Source: Octopus sinensis (lineage: Eukaryota). From it: 64,000 bases of DNA. A model generated the notes under the pieces. That model saw only the letters and a program-made list of their open reading frames with translations, did not search any database and was not told the origin of the DNA. The stretch's first letter is position 1. Each line of letters opens with the position of its first letter. Below are positions 1 through 11,430 of the stretch, one piece after another. The stretch is from positions 124,992,001 to 125,056,000 of the forward strand of contig NC_042999.1 in NCBI RefSeq assembly GCF_006345805.1. The letters are read 5' to 3'. The position numbers and the translations under genes were made by a program.

Positions 1-298
1 ATATATACATATATATATATATTGGAAATTAGTAAGGAATTTCTCAAAGTGTTTACTTGTTTGCTCACAGTTAGGTATTCAAAATAGGTTATTCAATGGT
101 TAGTATATAAATCCAGTAATAATTCCTATATGATAAGAATTTAGAGATATACTCTGCTGGATTATTCTAAATATATTATCTTTAACCAAATAGGTTTCCT
201 GGAGTGTTTAATATTAATTATGATAATTATAAGGATTATTACAAAGTAGCATTAGCATTACCTTTAATTAATTTTTACATATAAATACAACCTTAAAT

Positions 299-384
299 AG
301 ACCTACATATGTTTCTACTGTGTTTGTTTGTAACCGTTGGATTTGCAACCTTACTATAATACCAATGCAATTTCTTCAGGGTCT
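299..384 (-). ncRNA. Penelope-type minimal hammerhead ribozyme motif (degenerate stem II)
   Basis: Minus strand reads agacc-CTGAAGA-[57 nt]-GAAA-C-atat-G-TA-ggtct. Perfect 5 bp stem I and palindromic CATATG stem III/loop. The base of stem II does not pair. Confidence 0.6.
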
Positions 385-653
385 TCACTTTAATATTCTT
401 TGAGATTTAGCTGGTTAAATTTTATGTTGATTTTCTTTGCATTCAATGATGTGGAGTTGTACATTAATTTAAACATGAACTATCTTCAATTTCAAGTATT
501 GACTAGATAATCACTTGTTTATTCCTTATAGTCAGTTATTTAAAAAAATTTCATTGTTTAAATATTTATGAGTCATTAATATAGAGCAAAGGTAAATTTT
601 CTCACTTGCAAGCATCTTAAAGCTTGTTCCTGTCACAAAGAGTATTAAAGTGA

Positions 654-739
654 AGACCCTGAAGAAACAGAACCAGTATTATAGTAAGGTTGCAATTGGA
701 ATGGTTACTAACCGATGCACTAGAAACAAATGTAGATCT
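654..739 (+). ncRNA. Penelope-type minimal hammerhead ribozyme motif, inverted partner of 299-384
   Basis: agacc-CTGAAGA-[57 nt]-GAAA-C-aaat-G-TA-gatct. Lies in the right arm of a ~90 bp imperfect inverted repeat (about 302-393 versus 644-736). Confidence 0.5.
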
Positions 740-798
740 ATTTGATCCTGTAATTATATATGTATAAATTTATAAATGTGTATGTATGTATATGTATA

Positions 799-1190
799 CT
801 AGCAGTATTGCCTGGCATTGCTCGGGTTTGTTTTGACCCTTTAGAATTGGAATTTTTGAAAAGTAAAAATTTTGCATTATGTAGCTTGTTATTCTCTTTA
901 AGTGAACATTTTTCTGGTTGAAATACACCAAAAAATGGTGACCCAGCAGTCAAAAAATCGTAAAAAATAGAGATTTTCATAGAAAAAAAAGCACCTTTTT
1001 GATGTAAATAATTTTTGGTGTTAACATGGTCCAATTTGAATTTTTTTCTTCTACAGTAGGAAGAGCAAGCCTTCTTCTATCACACACTCAATTTTGGTCA
1101 ATTTGCGCCGCACGGTCTCGGAGGAGATAGTGTTAGTTGAAGGCTACCGAACCTGCCATACACAGACAACTTCAGCTTTATATATATATA
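799..1190 (-). mobile_element. Non-autonomous Helitron
   Basis: Minus-strand 3' end cccgagcaatgccaggcaatactgCTAG, the same terminus family as the copies at 5670-8548. The 5' end (tatata..aagctgaagttgtctgtg) is typical of Helitron-N elements. Confidence 0.7.
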
Positions 1191-1192
1191 TA

Positions 1193-1426
1193 TAGGGTTG
1201 GCCAAAAGTGGCCCATCAGTAAATCAAAATTCCATAAATACTAATCTGTAATTCTGCATTGACTCAAATGGAAAAATGTGTCGTTCAAGAAGAACTTCAG
1301 TTTGAAAAATTTTCATGATGTTTCATATTTAGATGCTTTTATTAAATTCATTCAGTCGTTAAACATAAATAAATCTTGGAATTAAATGGCTTTGATTTAC
1401 TGTCAGGTGACTTTTGGCCAACCCTG
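1193..1426. mobile_element. Tc1/mariner-type MITE
   Basis: TIRs (t/c)agggttggccaaaagt ... acttttggccaaccctg, flanked by TA on both sides. Confidence 0.8.
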
Positions 1427-1884
1427 TATACACACACACATAATAGTTATGACCATTTCTGTAAAATACAAGTAATAGTGGTATTGATTTGATAATCAGA
1501 GGCCATTTGGTTGCTAATATCAACAGTTCTGTGAATAGATCAAAAGAATCAGCAGCATACATCAACATCAATAACAAAAATCTTTCTGACTCTAACCTCT
1601 GTGATTTATAGGAACAGCTTTTCACTGAATGTGAGATTAAAAGGATATATGACTTATATGTGGGAGTGTCACTGTCACCATCAATATCACTACAGGAGGT
1701 ATCTTTACCAGTCACTGTTGTCGTTATTGTCCATCATCATCATCATCATCATCACCACCACCACAGTCATTATCTTTGTTGGCATCAGAGTCAAAACAGC
1801 TAGCAGTGGTGTTAAGAGAATCATTAACATTGTCTCTGCTGCCAACTCCACCACCCACCATACTTGACAACATGGGATATCGTC

Positions 1885-2650
1885 CTCATCATCATCATCA
1901 ATATTTAACATCCGTTTTCCATGTTGGCATGGGTTGGACTGCTTGGCAGGAGCTGCCAGGGCCAGAAGCCACTCCAAACTTCCTTGTCTGTTTTGGATTG
2001 GTTTCTATGGCTGGATGCCCTTCCTAATGCCAACTACTTTACAGAGTATATTGGGTGCTTTTTACATGGCACCAACACCTACACCAATGTTTTTTATGTG
2101 GCACCTCAGATTTAGGATCTCAATTCTGTTGTGGTGGGTGGGTCTTCTCAAGTACACCAGTGCACCACATATCTTGGTCCTCTTTCATCTCCTTCATAAG
2201 GTCCAGCATTTTGTGGATCAGCTTTCAATACTTTGTCCCATGTCTTCCCCTTACACAACTTCCCACCAATTTAAGTGATAAGGACATCTTTATGCAACTG
2301 CCCATCCATCTGCATCATATGACAAACCAGTGCAATCTCCTTTCTTGCACTCTGCATATAATTTCTCTTATGCCCAACTTCTCTCTCAGTGCACTAATGC
2401 TCTGTCACACATGCATACTGACATCGCACATCCAATGGAACATACCAGCTTTGTGTCTTTCCATCCTTTACATGTCCTCTGCATTCAGGGCCCATCTTTC
2501 ACTACCATGCAACATTGTAGTTTCTACACATGCATCATACAATCTTCCCTTCACTCTTGGTTGCCAACAGAGATAAAAGCTCTCTGAACTTTCTCCATGC
2601 TATTCTAACAATTACACTTTCTGTATAACCTCCTCCACTGCTAATTAGGA
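1885..2650 (-). mobile_element. 5'-truncated, decayed RTE-type LINE (3' end)
   Basis: (CAT)n tail followed by the 3' UTR motif tttaacatccgttttccatgttggcatgggttgg, then RT C-terminal remnants matching 56520-59033. Confidence 0.8.
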
Positions 2651-2903
2651 CTGTTATGCAAATAAGGAAACCTTGATGTGGACATTCAATCTGCAATAGA
2701 TAGGAGCCCAAATCTTTCAAAAACCATACTCTGCTCTCTTTAAAAAGAACAGAAACACACATTGTATGATATAATGATTGGTTACTGATATACAAAAAAG
2801 ACAGATTTATCAAGACTAGAATGCCTTTGATTATCTGTCTGCTAGATTAGGATTGACCTGGGTCTAAACTATAACAACAAACCAATCATCAAATCAATGT
2901 TTC

Positions 2904-2975
2904 TTGACACGTTAGAAATATAGGAAGTTTAATATGATTGACACGTTAGAAATATAGGAAGTTTAATATGATTGA
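2904..2975. repeat. Perfect 34 bp tandem duplication
   Basis: ttgacacgttagaaatataggaagtttaatatga occurs twice. Confidence 0.9.
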
Positions 2976-3939
2976 AACATGTTTATTTTTTTCACTAGTT
3001 AAATTGGTTTCAAATTTTAGCACAATGCCAGCAGATTTGGCGGGAAGCTCTGTCAAATAAATTAACCACAGTGTTCAACTGATACTTATTTTATTGACCC
3101 CCAAAAGGATAAGAGGCAAAGTTAGCCCCAGCAGAATTTGAACTTAAAAATAAAATAAAAAAAACTAATGAAATACTGTTAAGTATTTCACCTAGCATGT
3201 TAACAATACTGCTAGCTTGTCACCTTTTTCGCTAGTTACATTAAAGACCAGGTTCATACCATGTAGCTATTTTCTGAATTTAAAATCAGATTAAGATAGC
3301 ATTACAGTGTCTATAAAACATTACTAATAATTTGATTTGTTCAACTGATCTTAATTATGAGAAATCAACAAATAAAGCTCAATGAAATAGTGAAACAGAA
3401 TTGTAAATATATTTATCAATATCCAGCAAAAGTGAAATAAGTCTTCTTTCCACGAGTCCTTAACACCCAATGGAGTTGTAGGGGCCACTGTAGAGACGTA
3501 TAGTATGTCTTAAGTATTTTAATCTTGGAGGAACCTATCTCTTTTTAGATTTGATCAGACTCGATTTCTTCCAGTAAAAGTGGGAATCAGCCCCAGTAAT
3601 GGACTAACTGATACTTTATTTATTGACCCACTAAAGACTAGAAGACAAATTTGGCATCAGTGGGATTTGAACTCAGAGCACAGGGAATTGGAATGGATGC
3701 AGCAAGGTATACTAAATGACACTTCAACAACTCAGCAAATTTGCCCATATACCATTAGCATTTTATTTGATTATTGTAACTTGTTTACTTTAAAGTGTAT
3801 TGGAACTCAGAAATATTCTGAATATTGAATCAACCTTAATCACTTAGTTGTTCACAAAAACAGAAGGAAGTATAACACTGAAAATGTTTCACATGGGTCC
3901 TTCGAAATGCAGGGCTCATTGCATATGCTACTTATTCTT

Positions 3940-4090
3940 GCTACTAAATTAATCTAGCCTTGATTTTGAGTATTAGTTTCCTCGCATCCACAACATATCA
4001 AAAACTGAATCTTAAAGACTGGTCTTCCTTTTTTAGGACCACAAAAGGTGTGCACTCTCTGAAACGCTCAAGTGAGGAGCATAATAAAAT
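3940..4090 (-). mobile_element. Ty3/gypsy reverse transcriptase relic
   Basis: Minus translation PFVVLKKEDQSLRFSF*YVVDARKL resembles the gypsy RT motif SPxVLVxKKDGxxRFCVDYRKLN. Disrupted. Confidence 0.45.
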
Positions 4091-4689
4091 ACATCTGGGA
4101 TGGTGCCATGTTTTTTTATCACACGGATATCTTACTCCAGAAATCCTTATCATCCATAATGTGTCTACCCTCCCATCTGTGCCAAATCCAGTCCTTACCA
4201 TTAAGATTGAGAACAACTTAACTAGTCTACAAACACTATTGACATTCATTTTCCAAATAACTGAAGAAGGAAGTACCTCAGGAATGCAATAAGTACATAC
4301 TGAATAAATATACCGTACGGTATCCCGTAAGAAATACAATAAATTAAAAATACTCAATTAAGTGAGATTATCCATGAAATTAGTAGACAAAAACTTTATC
4401 TGATAGTGTTTAATCACTAAAAGCAAAAAATCAAGGGAGATAACCTCAATAAACTCTTACTAAATTATGTTTTGGTACAACAAATGGAATAATTCTCAAG
4501 ATATTTGGTACTTTCTGAACTAGACGGAAATGTGTAAATAACATAGCAATAGTTTGATACCCTGCACTACCTTGTTTCTTCATATATTTTTTTTACATAG
4601 CATGGCTGTATGATAAGAAGTTTGCTTCCCAACTATGTTTATAGGTTCAGTTCCAGTGATGGATTGGATCAGTAGTCTTTGTGTAAGCT

Positions 4690-5050
4690 TTCGTCTGCTA
4701 TTGTAAGATGTTTTCATCCACCCCTAAGATACCTGTAATATTCCTCATCAGATATAGGGGAAACAGTCAAGTCATTGATGGAAATGTTGCTAGTCTGGTT
4801 TACAGTTTTTTTCTTTTCACAGCCATATAGTAACGTTTATCCTGACCAAACTCCAACCCTATATCCTTTGAGAATATTGTAACCAGGTCAAGGCTCTTTT
4901 TCATCTCAGGCATATTCTTTGCATATGGTTTCAAGTCATCCACAAGGAAACACTGTGCAATTTTGGTATTTCTGCTTCCTTGTGAACCAGTGAGATATCC
5001 TTCAGACTTCCTTAATATGAATGACAAGTAGGGTTTGTATGCATACAAAC
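4690..5050 (-). mobile_element. Non-LTR retrotransposon RT relic, R4/Dong-like
   Basis: FLVDDLKPYA...SLDLVTIFSKDIGLEFGQDK and NISINDLTVSPISDEEYYRYL match RT motifs DDLKLY...FSxDIGMEFGxDKC...YKYLG of RLE-type elements. Confidence 0.6.
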
Positions 5051-5669
5051 CCCACTTTGTGTTTACCCCACCACCACCACCGCTTGACAACTGTTGTTGG
5101 CTTGTATACGCTTTCGTAACTTAGCTGATCGGCAAAACAGACCGATAAAATAAGTAACAAACTTTAAAAAATGTAAGTCCTGTGGTCGATTCGTTTTATT
5201 AAAATCCTTCAAGACGGTGCCCAAAATGGCCACAGTCTAATGACTGGAACAAGCGAACAATTTTCAATGAAATTTCACAGAGATTTGTTTTTCAAGGTGC
5301 AGATGATGCTCATACAAATTTTTTAAGTACCAGACAGTAGGTAGATTGATTTAATAATGAAAAACCTTAAGGCAGCGAGCTGGTAGAATCATTAGCAAGC
5401 CGGGCAAAATGCTTAGCGGCATTTCGTCTCTCTTTACACTCTGAGTTTAAATTCCACCACGGCCGATTTTGCTTTTCAAACTTTCGGGGTCGATAAAATA
5501 AAATACTAGTTGAGCATTGGGGTTGATATAATCTGCTATCCCTTATCAGAAAAAGTCAGTCCGTGTGCCTGTAGTAGAAAGGATTATAATGAAAAGCCTC
5601 TTACCTGTTAAAGCCAACTGGTTATCTCCCTTGCATCTGATATTTAGCAGGGACTAAAAGCTATTTATA

Positions 5670-6048
5670 TCTCTCTCTATATAAACGGCAGTTTGTCTGT
5701 GCGTTTTCTGTGTGTCTGTTTTCTCGTACCCTCACTCTGACCACGGCTTTCAACCGATTCTGATGAAACTTGACACACACATAGCCCAATGTCATAATTC
5801 AAAACTAACGCAGCGAAATTTTGAAAAGTTCCCCCAGTTCTGAAAAAATCGATAAATTCGACATGGGGTCGAGAATTAGAAACCCAAACCACAGACCGTT
5901 AGGGGACGCAACTCCACCTTTTTTAACTTTCAAAAAAAATTTACCATCATTTTTTTTCCATTTTTTGCTATTTTTTCGCTATAACTCTCTAAAAATGCTT
6001 TATAGTTATTTCCCTTACAAACCTGAGCAACGCCGGCGATACTGCTAG
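5670..6048 (+). mobile_element. Non-autonomous Helitron, copy H1
   Basis: 5' A|TC start (tctctctctatataaacggcag), 3' GC-rich subterminal motif gagcaacgccgg and CTAG|T end. Confidence 0.8.
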
Positions 6049-8165
6049 TCTTCAATAAGAACAACATAAAAATTACTTCGGACACGACATAATATTTATA
6101 CTATGTGGACCGTATTTGATGCAGCGAAAAGATTTCTTTAAAATGTTGCAGTTTCACACAGGGAACAGTTATCTAACAAAATATTGTTGAAATTAAGGCT
6201 CAGATCAATCCGCTTCAAACAGGCCTATATGATGAAAACATTCCAGCTATAACCACCCCATCTTTTCCCCAGGAACAGAGCAGCTAGGAGTACACCTAAT
6301 TTGTCTTCCTTTCTTAAGATGGCAAGATATGATATGAAGAAGATTTGCTTATTATTTATAACACGTCGAGTAACAGTTAAGAGTTTCTCTCCTCTTTCTA
6401 ACAAGTCAAAAAGCCACGTATAGGATTTCTTCTTGGCTCAAATAGCCAAGCTGAGATGGATTAGCAAAATCGTTAGAGTGTTGGAAAACTTGCTTAACAA
6501 TATTTTATTTATGTCACTTTACTTTCTGAGTTCAAATCTCACCAACATCAGCTTTTTTTTTTTATCCTTCCAAAGTCGATAAAATAAATTACAAGACAAG
6601 TTCTGAGTTGATTTAACATTCCTATAATGCATTCTAGAAGTGAATGGGATTATAATACAAGACAAAATGAGATAGTTTGAAAACAAGTTATTTCAACTGT
6701 GACAGTTGTTATAACGTTAGGCGTAAATTGTATGTTGCTAATAATTGCAGTGAAAAAAGATAAGGGTTTGACATACCTATGTAGTTTAGAAGTTCACTTC
6801 ACAGCTACGTATTCAATCCAACAGTATGGCACCTTAAGCAAGTGTTTTCCATTGGTAAACCAGTAACTTTTGAAATGAAATTTCGTATGTGGAGACTAAG
6901 CAAAAGGCTATGTTATCTCTCTCTATATAAACGGCAGTTTGTCTGTGCGTGTTTCTGTGTGTCTGTTTGCTTGTACCCTCACCCTGACCACGGCTTTCAA
7001 CCGATTCTGATGAAACTTGACACACACATAGCCCAATGTCATAATTCAAAACTAACGCAGCGAAAATTTTGAAAAGTTCCCCCAGTTCTGAAAAAATCGA
7101 TAAATTCGACATGGGGTCGAGAATTAGAAACCCAAACCACAGACCGTCTAGGGGACGCAACTCCACCTTTTTTAACTTTCAAAAAAAATTTACCATCATT
7201 TTTTTTCCATTTTTTGCTATTTTTTCGCTATAACTCTCTAAAAATGCTTTATAGTTATTTCCCTTACAAACCTGAGCAACGCCGGGCGATACTGCTAGTC
7301 TTCAATAAGAACAACATAAAAATTACTTCGGACACGACATAATATTTATACTATGTGGACCGTATTTGATGCAGCGAAAAGATTTCTTTAAAATGTTGCA
7401 GTTTCACACAGGGAACAGTTATCTAACAAAATATTGTTGAAATTAAGGCTCAGATCAATCCGCTTCAAACAGGCCTATATGATGAAAACATTCCAGCTAT
7501 AACCACCCCATCTTTTCCCCAGGAACAGAGCAGCTAGGAGTACACCTAATTTGTCTTCCTTTCTTAAGATGGCAAGATATGATATGAAGAAGATTTGCTT
7601 ATTATTTATAACACGTCGAGTAACAGTTAAGAGTTTCTCTCCTCTTTCTAACAAGTCAAAAAGCCACGTATAGGATTTCTTCTTGGCTCAAATAGCCAAG
7701 CTGAGATGGATTAGCAAAATCGTTAGAGTGTTGGAAAACTTGCTTAACAATATTTTATTTATGTCACTTTACTTTCTGAGTTCAAATCTCACCAACATCA
7801 GCTTTTTTTTTTTATCCTTCCAAAGTCGATAAAATAAATTACAAGACAAGTTCTGAGTTGATTTAACATTCCTATAATGCATTCTAGAAGTGAATGGGAT
7901 TATAATACAAGACAAAATGAGATAGTTTGAAAACAAGTTATTTCAACTGTGACAGTTGTTATAACGTTAGGCGTAAATTGTATGTTGCTAATAATTGCAG
8001 TGAAAAAAGATAAGGGTTTGACATACCTATGTAGTTTAGAAGTTCACTTCACAGCTACGTATTCAATCCAACAGTATGGCACCTTAAGCAAGTGTTTTCC
8101 ATTGGTAAACCAGTAACTTTTGAAATGAAATTTCGTATGTGGAGACTAAGCAAAAGGCTATGTTA
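6049..8165. repeat. Tandem duplication: 867 bp spacer at 6049-6915 repeated at 7299-8165 (period about 1250 bp)
   Basis: The two spacers read identically by eye. Identical ORFs are reported at 6842 and 8092. Confidence 0.95.
6916..7298 (+). mobile_element. Non-autonomous Helitron, copy H2 (chimera of H3 5' half and H1 3' half)
   Basis: Same termini as H1. Diagnostic bases match H3 up to about 6983 and H1 from 7080 on. Confidence 0.8.
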
Positions 8166-8548
8166 TCTCTCTCTATATAAACGGCAGTTTGTCTGTGCGT
8201 GTTTCTGTGTGTCTGTTTGCTTGTACCCTCACCCTGACCACGGCTTTCAACCGATTCTGATGAAACTTGACACACACATAGCCCAATGTCATAATTCAAA
8301 ACTAACGCAGCGAAAATTTTGAAAAGTTCACCCAGTTCTGAAAAATATCGCTAAATTCGACATGGGGTCGAGAATCAGAAACACAAACCACAAACTGTCT
8401 AGGGGACGCAACTCCACCTTTTTTAACTCTCAAAAAAATTTACCCTAATTTTTTTCCATTTTGTTGCTATTTTTTGGCTATAACTCTCTACAAATGCTTT
8501 ATAGTTATTTCCCTTACAAACCTGAGCAACGCCGGGCGATACTGCTAG
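8166..8548 (+). mobile_element. Non-autonomous Helitron, copy H3
   Basis: Same A|TC ... CTAG|T termini. The 3' half diverges from H1/H2. Confidence 0.8.
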
Positions 8549-9329
8549 TATGTATATATGTGGATATCTTTAAACATCATTAAAGAGCCTATAAAGCAAT
8601 GCTTTTGAACAAAAATACCTTGTGGTATTTACTCTGCTCAAGTATATATATGTATATACATATATATATACACACATACATATATGTATATATATATATA
8701 CATATACATAAATAGTACACACACACACACACACATATATATATACCCAGTAATTCCTGGGAAAGTGGGGCTATTCCCTTGGTTCCATTCTCATAATTGT
8801 TTTGCTAATCCAATAACAATACAAAGTATGTAGCCCTTGGTTTTTGTGCATTTACAGAGAATACCGAACAGTCTTACATAGGATCTTGTTTTTAAGAAAT
8901 CCTAATAAGTTATGAATATCCAAATCATAAAGTCAGTTACGTAATAACATGAAATTAGTTACACGATAGTAAGAATTCAAATAAAGTAGCCCCGAAAAGG
9001 GCTTTAATACATTCCCAGAGTATATAGAACTTAGGAGGAATGTATACCAAAATCGTGAAGCATGTTACATAATAAAAGGCTAATCGGATATGAGATAATA
9101 TAACAATTCAAAGTAAATAACTCTGAAAGAATATAACCCTTAGGAGCACTAGTGTTGAAATAGATTTACAATAAATGTAGAAACAGACTGACATTTATTA
9201 TTACAGTAGACATACAAATAAATTTGCATATAGATTTTAAAATAAAATAACATGTAAATTATCAATACATTTGCAACATTTACAAATATTACAGTTAAAT
9301 AGTAAATATCTGATGATTTGGTGAATCTT

Positions 9330-10190
9330 ATTAAGTTTGCTGGGCTTCTTGATAAACAACATTTTTGGTCTTTCCTTGTGGGGCATAAATAAACAGATGA
9401 TTAGGATTGCCGACTCTTGAGCATTCTACATAAAGTTGGCCATGGGAGAAAACTGGTTTCACAAGGTTCAGACTTACCACATCCAAGGACTGCCCCTAGG
9501 CCTTGTTAATGCTCATTGCAAAGCTCAGTTTCAACAGGAATTCCAGGCGCTTGTACTGGAAGGCATATCCGAGGGAGTGAGTGGAATTCTAGGAATGAAT
9601 ACAGGCTACCCACTTACTATAGCAGTCAAAAGTGTTGTCTCCAAAACTGTTGGCATCATCTTTATTATAAGTCATGTGCCATTGCAAAATTTTGGTGGAT
9701 CAAGGTTTCAAAGCAGCATAATTGGTGTTCCAATCTTGAGGTGGAAGTTGTGAGGTGGGAGGCTAAGTGGTGTTAGACTATTCAAGAATTCAACTGGATA
9801 ATTCACAGCTTCATAGTTGTTGAGTATAGTGTCAATGGAATTGTTGATATGATGCTCACCTGGCATCTGTTCCAGAAGTTTGATGTTCAAATCATCAACT
9901 ACCATATTCTTTGGAGCTAAAATGGCATGGATTTTCAGCCAGTTATGGTCTGTAAACTGATTCCTCAGGTTCAGAAACACCTTATTCATTAGTTCCTTTA
10001 AATCAGATACCATATGTCCAAAAGGCAAGTTTACCCGGCCATCCTTCTCACCAACTGAAGTGCCATTACCAACATCCAACAGTTGCTTTGAAAAGATTCT
10101 GTCTGCATCATCACTGCAGTCTCACTATTTTTTCAACCTTGTTGTTCCAAGCACTGATGCCATACCAAAGACAAATGAACTTCCATTGCA
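9330..10190 (-). mobile_element. Autonomous Helitron fragment: disrupted Pif1-family helicase C-terminal half
   Basis: DVGNG, AILAPKN, YPVEFLNSL..P..LPPH...LKIGTPIMLLRNL..P..CNGTRL, and frameshifted SFAMSINKA.GQSL and VFSHGQLYV..SRV motifs. Confidence 0.9.
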
Positions 10191-10262
10191 GGTACTTACA
10201 CAAAAGGTACAGTGCAGTGGCAGGGTGGATCCAACTCTTGGGCTGTAGTTTGGTGACCCCTG

Positions 10263-10312
<50 letters not shown>

Positions 10313-10656
10313 ACTGCCTGTGTATATAAACAAACTTACATTTGTTTTTTAGAGGCATCAAATGTGTATCATACAATATACATTTGATGCTTCTATAAAA
10401 CAAATGTACACTTTTTTACATACACACGTGGTCATTACATTTCTAAAAGCTATCTATTTAGTACTTAAAACCAGCATAGATTGTTGTCAGTAGGCAGTTT
10501 AGCTTAATGATAAAGCATTCAGCTAGTGTCTTGGAGGATGTGGGTTCAATTCCCATGGCTGTTTTTCTGCCTTGTAAGGGTATTAATACCCAATTTTTCT
10601 GCTGTTTTAATAGTTTTACTGTGTTTGAAATATCACTTTCTTGTCAGTATCATATG

Positions 10657-10712
<56 letters not shown>

Positions 10713-10920
10713 AATATTAGGGAATAAATCCAAACTTACAGGGAAAAATCAGATTTAGGATTGAATCCAATTTTATAGTAAAATATTATATTATATTAAA
10801 TTAGAGATAAAACCACTATTAGGCGAATCATACAATGAAAAACTTAAGCCAATACATAAGATTATTTAATTTATATTATTTAAATATATAACAAAATTAT
10901 TAAAAAAATATAATTAATAT

Positions 10921-10990
10921 AACACTACGATCGTTTCATGGCTGTTAATTTCTTTAAATTTTCGAGTTACAGTCATTCATCAGGTGGTTT
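10921..10990 (-). ncRNA. Type I minimal hammerhead ribozyme with an intact catalytic core (Penelope/retrozyme-like)
   Basis: Minus strand reads aaaccac-CTGATGA-atgactgt-loop-acagccat-GAAA-C-gatc-G-TA-gtgtt. Complete CUGAUGA/GAAA core, 8 bp stem II with one A-C mismatch, palindromic CGATCG loop 3, GUA cleavage triplet, and a short stem I (cac/gtg plus A-U pairs). Confidence 0.75.
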
Positions 10991-11000
10991 AAATATTTAA

Positions 11001-11263
11001 CTTGGCGAGGTTTAATCAATCGCAGCTTCGATTCCCAGACCGGGCGTTGTGAGTGTTTATTGAGCGAAAACACCTAAAAGCTCCACGAGGCTCTGGCAGG
11101 GGGTGGTGATCCCTGCTGTACTCTTTCACCACTCTTTCTTCTGTTGGCCTGCTCGCTTAGCCAGCGGGGTGGCGTCATTCGAAGGCTAAAAACAATGCGA
11201 ACGCATTGTGACCAGTGATGTGTAACAACATCTGATGGTCTGGTCGGTCACGTGATCACGTGA
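11001..11263 (+). mobile_element. tRNA-derived SINE-like element (5'-truncated head), distinct family
   Basis: B-box-like gcttcgattccc near the 5' end. CpG-rich body ending cacgtgatcacgtga, followed by (TA)n. Confidence 0.55.
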
Positions 11264-11398
11264 TATATATATATATATATATGGGTGTGTTAATATGGAG
11301 TTCACTTTGCTTTGTACATTCAAACAAACATACACATTCGATATATCCTTAAAAATGTTTTAGCCCGAAGGCCGCGGCCATGCTGGGGCACCACCGCT

Positions 11399-11430
<32 letters not shown>

